Notes under the pieces: generated by a model
Database searches by the model: none
What the model saw: the letters and a program-made list of their open reading frames with translations, nothing else
Told to the model about the DNA's origin: nothing
Position numbers and translations under genes: made by a program
Shown: piece by piece, positions 12,051 through 23,863 of the stretch
How positions within the stretch are numbered: the stretch's first letter is position 1
Layout: every line of letters starts with the position of its first letter
From: Octopus bimaculoides
Taxonomy: Eukaryota
Assembly: GCF_001194135.2 (NCBI RefSeq)
Contig: NC_068981.1
Span: forward strand, 9,300,391 to 9,361,812
Reading direction: 5' to 3'
DNA: 61,422 nt

Positions 12051-13221
12051 ATAGATTATAGAAATCAATACGTAATCTCTTCCTTCAAATCTAATAGGGA
12101 TTAATTCATAGTTACATTTGATCTAAATCTTTTGAACCAATGACTTCATCATTATCTAAAAATATATAATGACAGACTAATTATTCCTCATAATATTTTA
12201 ATTTCACTCTTTAATTCGCTTTTTTCACATCTAATTTGCTAAAGTAGAACAAGATGTCTCTTGATAGAGTCAAATTAATAATGGAAAGCAATTTCCTCTT
12301 AGGGGTATTTTATCACAATAAAACAACACTCACATCCAGTTACTATATTATTGTGTAAAAAAATCTAGTGCTGAGAGCATGACATGTTCATATATTGAAA
12401 CTTTGCTTCAGATACTGAAGTGCATGAGTCTGCTCCCCCTCTATGTCGCCCCTTGTGGGTAATAAAAAATTCGCATGAGTCTGCTCTTATTTCTCACTTG
12501 TCTAGTAACGTTATCCCCAGTCAACTATGAATCCAGTTGCTTCAAATGTGGTGAAAAAAATTAACCCTAACCCTAACACTAGTTTTGTGAGATTTGGCTG
12601 TTATTTCTAGCATGTAAATAGCCTGCTTGGGGGGGGGGGGGNNNNNNNNNNNNNNNNNNNNNNNGAAATGTTTCAAAATTTTTTTTTTCAGAATCGGAAT
12701 CTCCATAGCCTAAAACGTGGGATTCCGTAAAAAAAATTAATTAATAAGGGGGGGAAAGGTTCAGATTACATATAGTCCGTCTCTACCCTAATAACATTAA
12801 TAACACCAATACTGTCGGTAATACTACTATTAGTGACAACAGCAAGTATAATAGTAATAATAGCAATTGTACACATGGACAGTATATCATTAATGGCAAC
12901 AGCAATAATAATAATAATGTAGGTACTCATAATAATAATAATTATTATTATTATAAGACCAGTCCATAAAAGAGAATAGATAGGTCTGGAGAGAATGGAA
13001 AAGAGGGGGTAGCAAAAAATCATATCGGAAGGTTAAAAGAGAGGCTAGACATTAGGTTTATCTAGCTAGGGCAGAAACAGAAAGGAAGAGGTTTGCCAAT
13101 GTCGTATATATATGGGACTAAGGGGCTAATGCAGTTACGCACCTCTCCTTGAAAAATACATCTTTTGCAAAAAAAATTTTCGGATTCCTACGTTTTAAAT
13201 GTCTGAGATTACGAATAAGCA

Positions 13222-13251
<30 letters not shown>

Positions 13252-13252
<1 letters not shown>

Positions 13253-13414
13253 CAACGGGCTTCTTTGAGTTTCCGTCTACAAAATCCACTCACAAGGCTT
13301 TGGTCGGCCCAAGGTTATAGTAGAAGACACTAGCCCAAGGTGCCACGCAGTGGGACTGAACCCGGAACCATGGGGTTGATAAACAAGCTACTTACCACAC
13401 AGCTACTCCTGCGC
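13252..13414 (-). mobile_element. tRNA-derived SINE (head and first half)
   Basis: Minus strand reads gcgcaggagtagctgtgtggtaagtagcttg...ggttccgggttcagtccc (A/B-box-like) then ggccgaccaaagccttgtgagtgg, ending at (TA)n. Confidence 0.8.
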
Positions 13415-14326
13415 GTAGAACTTCGTAAATTATTTATCTCATGACAATAATTTTATCAATATCTCTCAGCAAATTTTTCATAAAGAAGTGTGAAATTTTT
13501 AGAAAGTTCTGCGGAAACAAAATAAAAAATGGGGCACCAAAGTGTTGTCCTCCTCCAATGTATCACTGCTTTTAAGCCGGCTGGGTGTCGTTGCAGATTT
13601 TTTATAAATTCTGTTTAACATTTTAAGTTCAATAAACGGGATTCAAGACATAAAACGAACGTTTTCTTGGTTATTTGGACGTCCAACCTAATTCATTTCA
13701 TTTGTTATCATTTAATGTTTACAGGAACCAGCAATCTGAATTATTTCGGGAATTAGCACATAAAGCACGACAGGCCACGATCGTGACAGTCAGGCACAGT
13801 TCGACGGGCCCCAATAGATGCATTTAATTTAAGGGGGTTTGTTGGGGGTCTAATGTCACTGAAAAGCTCCGATACAACCAGGAATGCAAGAGGACAAATA
13901 GTTCAACTAATGATATTTCAGATTATGCAAATCTTGCCTCAATTATTATACTAAAAAGATATTTTAACTATGGTAGTCTCAGTTCATGCTATGTAAGTGC
14001 AAATCCCAGCGCTTTATGGGTTAACCTGATTAACTTCATAGATTGATAGATTTTGACACATACCATCTGTTTTGAAGTCTAGTGTTTAACTTTATCAATT
14101 AAAATCCACACACACATAAACAGTGAATGGTTTTCATTGAATGTTTTAACATTTATCACCGTCATTTTTGGTTAAACTAAAAATAAAAGGCTGAGATTGA
14201 AGTCAGATTCATTAACACACAAGGAAAGAATTACATTAAATAAATACAAACAAAATATATATTTTATAACAGTCTTTTGTGTCTGTCCAATTTTTACATA
14301 AAATTATCTGAGGTAAATAAACTTAC

Positions 14327-14570
14327 AAACAAATAAAACAACGGAATCCGAGGCAATTAGTGACGTTCTGCGATGACAGAGAATAATAGAGATTGTTTAG
14401 AGTGGAATATGTTTTGCTGCATTCATTTAAATACTTCTTCTTCGGTGAGAAACTTAAATAAAATCCAAGACGTAAATAAACACCGAAACTTCCAAATAAA
14501 TAAAGACACAAACACCACGTGGGTTTTATATTGACACTTGACTTCCTTCGCTTCCACTTCCGGTCTGCTC
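14327..14570 (-). promoter_or_regulatory. Putative shq1 promoter / non-coding first exon
   Basis: Unique CpG-containing segment with an ETS-type CACTTCCGG (14555-14563) and further CTTCC copies, E-box CACGTG (14516-14521) and a minus-strand GTAAGT donor at 14326. shq1 needs an upstream UTR exon. No transcript evidence. Confidence 0.35.
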
Positions 14571-14708
14571 TGCAGTTAATTACATTTAAAATGACTAATT
14601 ATTTAAAAGATATAATTAAGCATAATCAAGTTTTGTTTCAGACCTTTTATAAGTTTAATCGTTACAGTATCTTCACTCGGCTAAAATTACTACACTGCTA
14701 TTATAAAC

Positions 14709-15187
14709 GGCATAACTACAGGGTTTTACCCCCCCAGACTTTGGGAGGTCATAACTTTCAGAAAAATGAATATTTTTTAATGAAATTTTCTATGCATATA
14801 GTATTTACTATGTAGAATCCGAATATAGAAAAATTTCCGGTGAAAGTGTTTTGGAATGAGGGTGGGGGACAATTTTCGGAAATTCCAACAGAGTCCACTT
14901 AAATTCTTCTTAACTTCCAGGAAAATTAATATTTTTTCGTGAAATTTTCTACAAATATACCTTGATGTATGTACATTTCGAGCATGTAGGAATTTTGAAG
15001 GAAACAACTGCAGGTTATTTTTGAGAAGCGTTCCCCACTCGGTGGTGTTTCGGAGCAAGTCGTCCATAATTGTTTCATTTTTCTCTATTATGTGCGTATG
15101 TGCATCCGTAGATTTCTAGACAGTGAAGAGAAGCCGTCATAAGAAAACCCTCCCAAAGTCTGGGGGGTAAAACCCTGTAGTTATGCC
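14709..15187. mobile_element. MITE with 39-40 bp TIRs and a perfect 8-bp TSD (TTATAAAC)
   Basis: TIR ggcataactacagggttttacccccccagactttgggagg at 14709-14748 and its inverse at 15149-15187. TTATAAAC at 14701-14708 and 15188-15195. Confidence 0.92.
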
Positions 15188-16714
15188 TTATAAACTACAA
15201 ATGACAATAATTCTAGAGTTCCATAATCCCTGATGTATAAGTTTTCTTCAGCCCATTTCATGTTTAGAACATTTGAATATGCAGCAAAATATCTTTTATC
15301 TTTAGGCTAAAAATAATAAGTGATAAAGTCAATGTTACTATTTTACCCCAAAGATGAATTTGCTGAAAACATTTTTATGAAATAAACAGTAATATTTTAT
15401 ATAGAAAAATGTTTTGTGTTGCCAAGAATTTTATGGCTATCTTTCAGTATTAGTAGATAACGTTATTCACCCTCTTTTTCAGCCTAGCCTCTTTATTTCA
15501 TATAATTTGACAATGATGGTTCAAAGAAATTAATAAAAGTGCTCCTGTCGTACCAGTACAATGTAAAAAGCACTCGTAGCCATGTCACGTAAAAGCACCC
15601 AACACATCTGTAAAGAGTATCCAGCCGTAGAAACTTTGCCAAAACAAACAACTGGAGCCTAGGCTCCTGTCAATCCGTTCTACCCATGCCAGCATGGAAA
15701 ACAGACATCAAATGACGATGATGTTGTACAGAGAGAAGCCTAACAATAAATGTAGTGAAGTGACACAACTCTGGAATCCAGATCAAAACCGTTCAATCTT
15801 TGAATACAAGGTTTTTTTTTTTTAAACTCTTTAATTTCGTAATATACACTGTTCAAATAACAAATTACCTGAGTAATCCTCAAGAAAAGTCTAACTTCAA
15901 AGTTCAATGTTTACAAAACAAAAAATAGAAAAATATGGTTTTCCTTGTTGAATATAAGAGAATTGTGAATTACACGTTTTTAAGTTGCTCAAGCATTAAA
16001 ATATGGATTTTCTAAGGCCTTAAACCACATAAGGTCACACTATAAGCAACACCAGGCCTTATTATCCCACACCACACTACATGACCTCACTGTTTGCTTT
16101 TTCAGTAGAGACCATACTATACACAGCACTCAACCACACATGACAAGACTACACCACACCAGCACACATCATGTTACCAGGCTAACGAGGGTTGGCCTCA
16201 TTCAGTTGACTACTAGAAATAGATGCCAAATGGCTTTCATATCATACTACCATTCTACAAAAGAGAGAACATGTTAGATATTGCAGTTTTAGATATACTG
16301 TACTGAAAAAGCAGACAGTGAGGTCATATCTGGAACACCTTTGATCATTACCCTATAATATAGGACCTATATATCAAAGTGTATTTTTCATGTAAAGAGT
16401 TTTAGGCTAAAGTTCAAAGGTTCATTTTAACAGCAGGGCTACTTTTGAGGGGCTGCAGGTCAAGGTGTAATTTTTATCAGTAGCTAAATGATCTCATAAA
16501 TAAATAAGAGAAAATTAAATATCAGTAATTATAATTTCAGTGGATGTGTCACAGTCACATTACACATGACTTTTTTTTTTTTTTTTTTTTAATTTTTGGG
16601 GATTCCTTTCAACAAGAGACATTACGATTTTGTCAATAGATAAATAAATTCTGTGTTTAAAAATATGGAGATTATGATTGCCTTGCTCAGTATGTAGAAA
16701 AGGAGTAGGTAGTA

Positions 16715-17574
16715 ACTCTATAAGATGTACCCGGTGCAAGCTATGGACACAAGAGGTGCAGCAACATTAAAGGCAGGTTAACTAGCAAGTTAGTTTTTGT
16801 TTGTGGCAGATGTTCAGGTGCAATAAAGACTGTAAACAAACAGGAAACAACTTCTATCTCATTCCAGGGTGAAAAACTAGAGGTAGTCGATAGCTTCCGC
16901 TATCTGGGCGACCAAGTTAGTAGTGGGGGTGGGTGCGCTGAAAGTGTAGCTGCTAGAATAAGAATAGCCTGGGCAAAGTTTAGAGAGCTCTTACCCCNNN
17001 NNNNNNNNNNNNNNNNNNNNNNNNNNNNNNNNNNNNNNNNNNNNNNNNNNNNNNNNNNNNNNNNNNNNNNNNNNNNNNNNNNNNNNNNNNNNNNNNNNNN
17101 NNNNNNNNNNNNNNNNNNNNNNNNNNNNNNNNNNNNNNNNNNNNNNNNNNNNNNNNNNNNNNNNNNNNNNNNNNNNNNNNNNNNNNNNNNNNNNNNNNNN
17201 NNNNNNNNNNNNNNNNNNNNNNNNNNNNNNNNNNNNNNNNNNNNNNNNNNNNNNNNNNNNNNNNNNNNNNNNNNNNNNNNNNNNNNNNNNNNNNNNNNNN
17301 NNNNNNNNNNNNNNNNNNNNNNNNNNNNNNNNNNNNNNNNNNNNNNNNNNNNNNNNNNNNNNNNNNCATAAAAGACACCATTTCGAGCGTGGCCGTTTTC
17401 GTGCGGGTGACACGTAAAAGCACCCACTACACTCTCTGAGTGGTTGGCGTTAGGAAGGGCATCCAGCTGTAGAAACTCTGCCAAATCAGACTGGAGCCTG
17501 GTGTTGCCATCCGGTTTCACCAGTCCTCAGTCAAATCGTCCAACCCATGCTAGCATGGAAAGCGGACGTTAAAC

Positions 17575-17606
<32 letters not shown>
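16715..17606 (+). mobile_element. RTE fragments either side of an N gap (RT fragment 16715-16997; young 3' end 17366-17606)
   Basis: GEKLEVVDSFRYLGDQVSSGGGCAESVAARIRIAWAKFRELL before the gap; conserved 3' end with a long (GAT)n tail after it. Confidence 0.8.
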
Positions 17607-17608
<2 letters not shown>

Positions 17609-18015
17609 CTGAAAAAAATTTCAAAATTTCAAGTTTATTTAAAATTCCACCCTTTCCCTCCTGGTTTTTGTACTACCCATACCTGCTCAACACAAACCTT
17701 CCAGAGGTTTTTATATTCCACCATTCATTTTGTTCATGCATGGATTTATGCTGACCAACAACCAGCAGATGAGATGAGGGAGGCCTCAGTGTGGTTGCTT
17801 AACATGTTAGAAACAACAGCTAAATTTCTCTCAGACCACCCACCTCTATTGTTATATAAAATAAAGGACAATATAGTCCAACATATAGAATAATGTAGAT
17901 ACAATCATAAGAAATATGATTTTCCAACATTTTATTCTTTTTTAAAATCACAACTCCTTACCTTCTGAGATAGCAATGCTCCTGAAATATCTAATTTAAG
18001 TAGGGAAACCAAGTA

Positions 18016-19244
18016 TTGGGTCATCCCATAAATATTGCAGTTTTTTCATTTGCATGAACTAAAAGTTGGAGGGGGGATGGGATAAACTACCTACATCAAT
18101 TTGCTATAAAAGCAGGTAGTAATTTTACCTTGTCCTTATTCTTAGTGCAAGTTTTGAAGAGTGCAGTCCGATTTTTAACAGTTATTTTTTCAAAGCTATA
18201 ATGGAAGTGACAAAGAAGCATATTCAGCATATTTTGCCAGAAAATACGAGGAATGTTAATGCAGTATATGGTGATCGGACAATAAGCGTAAGCCAGTGTC
18301 AATGGTGGTTCCAGAAATTCTGAGCTGGAAACTATAGCCTAGAAGATGAGACTTGTCCTGAAAGGACATCCTGCAAACCCTGGTGGAACAAAATCCCATC
18401 ATAACTGTTGAGGAACTAGCAGAGAAGCTTGGATTTAGTCAGTCAACCATTCATTGACATCTGAGTGCCATCGGAAAAGTCAGCAAATTGGATCAATGGT
18501 TTCCTCACAAACTTTCCAATACTAATCGTGTGCAGAGACTGAATATGAGCTCTTCTTTGCTGTCACATCTCACAAATGAACCTTTTTTGGACCAAATAGT
18601 GACTAGTGACGAGAAATGGGTTCTCTAGGAAAATGTCAACCACAAAAGACAGTGGGTAGGAAAAGGAGAAACACTGGCACCCCAGGCTAAAGAAGGTCTT
18701 CACCCATGTAGGGTGTTGTTATCTGTTTGGTGGCATATGAAAGGTTTAGTCTACTTTGAACTTTTAAACCCAAACCAAATGATAACAAAGGAGATCTACT
18801 GCGAACAGCTTGAGTGGCTTAAGTCAGCGCTAGAAGAAAAACGACCATCTTTGGTTTCATTACGGAAGGTGTTCTTCCATCAGGATAATGTTCAGCCACA
18901 TACGAGAATGACATTCCAAAGGCTGGAGCAGTTTGAATGGGAAACGATGCCCCACCCACCATATTCGCTGGACATTGCTCCACCTGATTATCATTTATTC
19001 TGTAGTCTTCAAAATCATTTGGACGGAAAAAATATGAATTCTGTAGATGAGGTCAGAACAGTACTGGAGGAGTATTTTTCATCACGGACAAGTGAATTTT
19101 GGAAGAGGGGCCTTGCAAGTCTATCAGATAGATTGAAGAGCATTGTAGAAAATGAAGGAGAGATTTTAAAAGAACTTTGGTTATCTTAATTTTGAGAAAT
19201 AAAAGAAGTATAAAAATAAAAACATTATTTATGGGATGACCCAA
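18016..19244 (+). mobile_element. Mariner (DD34D-type) element, full length, inactivated
   Basis: Perfect 19-bp TIRs ttgggtcatcccataaata / tatttatgggatgacccaa flanked by TA. Motifs IVTSDEKWV, VLLSVWW, FHQDN and HPPYSLDIAPPDYHLF. In-frame stops upstream and a one-codon deletion between the last two Asp. Confidence 0.93.
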
Positions 19245-19339
19245 TATATATCAAATGCATCATATCTTAATGCAAAAAAAGATTCCTAGCTCAACATCTA
19301 ATATTGACAATAGAAGAAATGGGAAATTTGTGGACAGAA

Positions 19340-19745
19340 GGAGGTCTGTTATACCTGAGAGGGCAAAGTTTCAGATCAAAGAGAAAGACCAAGAAAGAGA
19401 TCCTGCGAGACCTTCTGTTTGCTGATGTTTGTGCTTTGATTTCTCACACATTTGAGAAAATTCAGGAAATGTTTGACAAGTTTGCTGTGGAAGCTCATGC
19501 ATTTGGACTGACTACCAGCATCAAGAAGACTGAAGTTTCATTCCAACCAAGGCCTGGGGCAAGACATACTCAAGACTCAAACATGAGGATAAACAACAAG
19601 CCACTCAAAAGGGTCACATCATTTAAATATCTTGGAAATACAGTAAACTTTAAGAGTTCTCTTGATGATGAAATCAATATTAGGATAGCTAAGGCTACAA
19701 GTGTTTTTGGAAGACTTTCCCATCATTTGTGGGATGAATACGATG
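19340..19745 (+). mobile_element. RTE-BovB-like RT fragment (distinct from the dominant RTE family)
   Basis: LRDLLFADVCAL..FGLTTSIKKTEV.FQP.PG..FKYLGNTV..DDEINIRIAKATSVFGRL..LW. Confidence 0.82.
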
Positions 19746-19869
19746 TCAGTCGTCATCATTATCATCGTTTAACGTCCGTTTTCTATGCTGGCATGGGTTG
19801 GACGGTTTGACTGGGGACTGGTAAGCCAGGGGGAATCACCAGGCTCCAATCTGATCTGGCAATGAATAA

Positions 19870-20148
19870 TGATCTGGGTACTGTCTGTGAGAAAAACAGC
19901 ACCATGATGCAATTCACTCTGCCAGAAATTTAGAAATGACATGCTGTACTGCTTCACATTTGCACCAGAAGCTCCAATACGAACAGGTGGTGAACACGGA
20001 ACAACTGTTGGTTTGCTGTGTCCCCAAAACATGTACCAAGAGTGATAAAAACCAAACATCCAGTCAACATCATGGTGTTTGGAGTGATCACTAGTGATGG
20101 CAATGTTATGCCTCCATTCATCTTCCCACATGGCCTCAGACTCAACAT
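19870..20148 (+). mobile_element. Internally deleted maT fragment (same family as 728-1997)
   Basis: Joins sequence similar to ~830-940 directly to sequence similar to ~1360-1495; preceded by a short RTE tail (19752-19862). Confidence 0.75.
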
Positions 20149-20234
20149 GGAAGGGATCCTTATATATATCTAATATATTTTATTTTAAAAGCTAAGGGAA
20201 GTAACCTATTCACCCTTGGAAAAGATCCTTATAT

Positions 20235-20525
20235 CATCATCATCATCATCATCATTGTTTAACGTCCGCTTTCCATGCTAGCATGGGTTGGACGATTTGA
20301 CTGAGGACTGCTGAAGCTAGATGGCTGCACCAGGCTCCAATCTGATTTGGCAGAGTTTCAACAGCTGGATGCCCTTCCTAACGCCAACCACTCCAAGAGT
20401 ATAGTGGGTGCTTTTACGTGCCACCGGCACGAAGGCCAGTCAGGCGGTACTGGCAACGGCCACGCTCAAAATGGTATATTTTATGTGCCACCTGCACTGG
20501 AGCCAGTCCAGTGGCACTGGCAACA
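20235..20525 (-). mobile_element. RTE 3' UTR copy
   Basis: Same conserved 3' end and repeat units as other copies. Confidence 0.8.
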
Positions 20526-21459
20526 AAGTAATATTCTCTGGGAATGCACAAAAGCCCTTTTCAGAGTTATTTACTTTAAATTGTTATTCTCATACCTGAT
20601 AAGCCTGTTATTATGTCACATGTTTCACGATTTTAGTATACATACCTTATTAATATTTCCTCCTATGTTCTATATACTCTGGGAACGCATTAAAGCTCTT
20701 TTCGAGGCTACTTTATTTGGATTCTTACTATTAGGTAACTAATTTCATGTTATTACATAACTGACTTCACAATTTGGGTATTCATAGCTTATTGGGAATT
20801 CCTAAAACAAGATCCTGTGAAAAAAACTGTTTTAAGGGCTACATACTTTGTATTAGTGTTACTGGATTAGCAAAACAATTATGAGAATGGGACCAAGGGA
20901 TAAGCCCTGCTTTCCTGGGAATTACCAGGTACGTCAGCTCCGCTCGAAACGTCAATTTCTCTTTCTTTCCTTTCCCGAGCATCCAGTAACACAATCTGTA
21001 TCACGTCCTCACATTGTTTTTTTGTCGTTTTTNNNNNNNNNNATGTGGCTGACCCCTAGGGGTGGATGTTACTGTTGCTTTTAGCCCCAGGAGGACATCT
21101 CCTCCAGCTGGCTTTTATATATATATTGTTTGTAGAAAACAAATCTGGAGAAGAAGCACACTCTAAGATGTAGAGCAATGTATATTTTAATGGGGAAGGC
21201 CATTTTATGGGATTACCCTGGGTTTCCCATTCATAAAGGGTTTAGCATTATGGCATATCATCAAACCCGAAAACCTGTTGGCCTAAGACCTCCTCAAAAT
21301 ATGGAGGGGGAAAAAATCTCGTTACGAAAGTAAACAACATCTTCCTTTGCTATTGATTCCTGGCCATGCTGCCTTCTTGCGGTCTCCAAAACGCTACGAA
21401 GATACACAATAGGGATCATCTTTCTTTGCCGTTGGCTATCGATTTCTGATTATGCTGCC

Positions 21460-21800
21460 ATCTTGCAGATTCCAAAAAGTTAGCAGGAATTTCCTAAAAT
21501 GCAAACATGTCCTGAAAATCTCTATTCAGGAGTTAAGGATACTCCCTAGTTTGAGTTAGTCTTTTAGGATTCTTGTGCATTCAGCTATGCATAACTTGCA
21601 ATGTTTCGTTCCATTAATGTAAGGGCCTGGGGTTCAAGGATTTTCCATGAGATTGAGCAGAGGATCCCATTGTCTCTTAGTTGCCAGATGTGACTGGCCA
21701 GTGATGTTATGTATCTCCTTTCCAGAAATCTGAAGGAGGACCTATGGTTGGAGAGACGTTGCTCGAGAGAATTTCCAGTACATCCAATGTATTTTCCGTG
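21460..21800 (-). mobile_element. Penelope-like element GIY-YIG endonuclease remnant
   Basis: KYIGCTGNSLEQRLSNHRSSF..TSLASHIWQLRDNG..ISWKILE followed after a frameshift by CKLC..E..ILNS..CLH..KFLL. Probable terminal-repeat sequence (cgaaacgtc) at ~20760-21030. Confidence 0.8.
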
Positions 21801-22024
21801 GGCACCTGTTGTTGTTATTGCCAATGTTGTTGTTGTTGTTGGAGATGGGGCTGCTGGTGTTGGCATCACTGGAGGTGGTGGTAGCGTTGGTTATGTTATC
21901 ACCACTGTGCATGTTTTAGGTACTGCACCCAGGGTAATCCCATAAACTGGCCTTCCCCATTAATATATCTATATATGAATACGAGATGGCTGAACGTTAA
22001 ATGATGATGGTGAGGATATATATA

Positions 22025-22054
<30 letters not shown>

Positions 22055-22061
<7 letters not shown>

Positions 22062-22223
22062 GCGCCCTTTTAAAGCCTAGCCAGGCTCATGGGCCTGGTT
22101 TCCATGGCGTATGTGTTCCCCAGCTGGACGGGACGCCAGTCCATCGCAGCGTTACTCATTTTTGCCAGCTGAGTGGACTGGAGCAACGTGAAATGAAGTG
22201 TTTTGCTCAGGAACACAACACGT
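22055..22223 (-). mobile_element. SINE body running into an N gap (V/AFC-like core)
   Basis: Minus strand gtgttcctgagcaaaacactt...ctgcgatggactggcgtcccgtccag resembles conserved SINE cores; family assignment is from recall. Confidence 0.55.
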
Positions 22224-23141
22224 NNNNNNNNNNNNNNNNNNNNNNNNNNNNNNNNNNNNNNNNNNNNNNNNNNNNNNNNNNNNNNNNNNNNNNNNNNNNN
22301 NNNNNNNNNNNNNNNNNNNNNNNNNNNNNNNNNNNNNNNNNNNNNNNNNNNNNNNNNNNNNNNNNNNNNNNNNNNNNNNNNNNNNNNNNNNNNNNNNNNN
22401 NNNNNNNNNNNNNNNNNNNNNNNNNNNNNNNNNNNNNNNNNNNNNNNNNNNNNNNNNNNNNNNNNNNNNNNNNNNNNNNNNNNNNNNNNNNNNNNNNNNN
22501 NNNNNNNNNNNNNNNNNNNNNNNNNNNNNNNNNNNNNNNNNNNNNNNNNNNNNNNNNNNNNNNNNNNNNNNNNNNNNNNNNNNNNNNNNNNNNNNNNNNN
22601 NNNNNNNNNNNNNNNNNNNNNNNNNNNNNNNNNNNNNNNNNNNNNNNNNNNNNNNNNNNNNNNNNNNNNNNNNNNNNNNNNNNNNNNNNNNNNNNNNNNN
22701 NNNNNNNNNNNNNNNNNNNNNNNNNNNNNNNNNNNNNNNNNNNNNNNNNNNNNNNNNNNNNNNNNNNNNNNNNNNNNNNNNNNNNNNNNNNNNNNNNNNN
22801 NNNNNNNNNNNNNNNNNNNNNNNNNNNNNNNNNNNNNNNNNNNNNNNNNNNNNNNNNNNNNNNNNNNNNNNNNNNNNNNNNNNNNNNNNNNNNNNNNNNN
22901 NNNNNNNNNNNNNNNNNNNNNNNNNNNNNNNNNNNNNNNNNNNNNNNNNNNNNNNNNNNNNNNNNNNNNNNNNNNNNNNNNNNNNNNNNNNNNNNNNNNN
23001 NNNNNNNNNNNNNNNNNNNNNNNNNNNNNNNNNNNNNNNNNNNNNNNNNNNNNNNNNNNNNNNNNNNNNNNNNNNNNNNNNNNNNNNNNNNNNNNNNNNN
23101 NNNNNNNNNNNNNNNNNNNNNNNNNNNNNNNNNNNNNNNNN

Positions 23142-23240
23142 TGCTACCATTGTATACTTCCAAGTATATTAAAGGTTTCATACAGGTTCAGGGTTGACTT
23201 ATGAAACCTTTAATATACTTGGAAGTATACTATGGTAGCA
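23142..23240. other. Near-perfect hairpin, 41-bp stem / 17-nt loop
   Basis: Arms 23142-23182 and 23200-23240 are reverse complements with one mismatch. Confidence 0.9.
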
Positions 23241-23699
23241 TAACGAAAAACGATGCCCCGCTTTCAGTAATTAATATATATAAATACATGTAAATATGTG
23301 TGTGTGTGTGTGTTAGCTAATATGACGAGATGTTGGGAAGGTTAATAAAAATTGGAAAATTTTAAATGTACAATCTAAAAAACGGTGTTTCTAATTTCCA
23401 CGGAATAAGAATAAAGAAACGGTGATTATGGTGAGGTATTCGGCCTTTTACTGTTGGGAAATGTCCAGCGCAATCGAAGAGGAAGTTAATGAGTTTGGTC
23501 TCACAAAGTTAACTCACAATGTGTGTGTTCATGCTCCGAGTCAACGAAGAAACCTTTATATGGTAGTTCAACTGCTAGAAACAGCAACAAGACCTACCTT
23601 AAATTACATTTGTTCTTAAAAGGGAACCCAAAAAGTGTAAGAGATAATGTTGGGACGGTTTGAGCGATAAATCTGTGACTTTACAATTAGTAATATATC

Positions 23700-23863
23700 T
23701 GTTCAGGTTCCCTCGAAACCTTTCCATCGTGGTGTCTATCGATTAAAGTAGGTAAAAGTTGATTGCAGCTTCACGAGATTTACTCGGAGACAAAGGTTTG
23801 ACTGTTTAGTCAACATCAACAAATTTAGTAATTAAGTTCTGACACAATTTCAGTTGAGGTCAG
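23700..23863 (+). promoter_or_regulatory. Putative non-coding first exon/promoter of the uncharacterised gene
   Basis: Unique CpG-containing stretch ending in a CAG|GTGCGT donor at 23864, upstream of the acceptor at 24500. The start coordinate is a guess. Confidence 0.35.

Noticed and set aside
12560-12582. Interstitial telomere
   Set aside because: Only about two CCCTAA units; more likely a TE-associated motif.
13340-13414. tRNA gene
   Set aside because: A tRNA-like SINE head with A/B boxes continuing into the SINE body; no complete cloverleaf or T-run terminator. Same at 29445 and 49870.
18713-19189. Domesticated transposase gene
   Set aside because: Upstream stops and frameshifts, a deletion in the catalytic spacing, and retained TIRs indicate a TE fossil.
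22001-23204. Long ORFs of 140-398 aa at 16900-17520, 22001-23204 and 26277-26525
   Set aside because: They consist almost entirely of N-gap codons.
14570-23700. Bidirectional promoter shared by shq1 and the orphan gene
   Set aside because: The candidate starts are ~9 kb apart and separated by TEs; there is no evidence of functional linkage.
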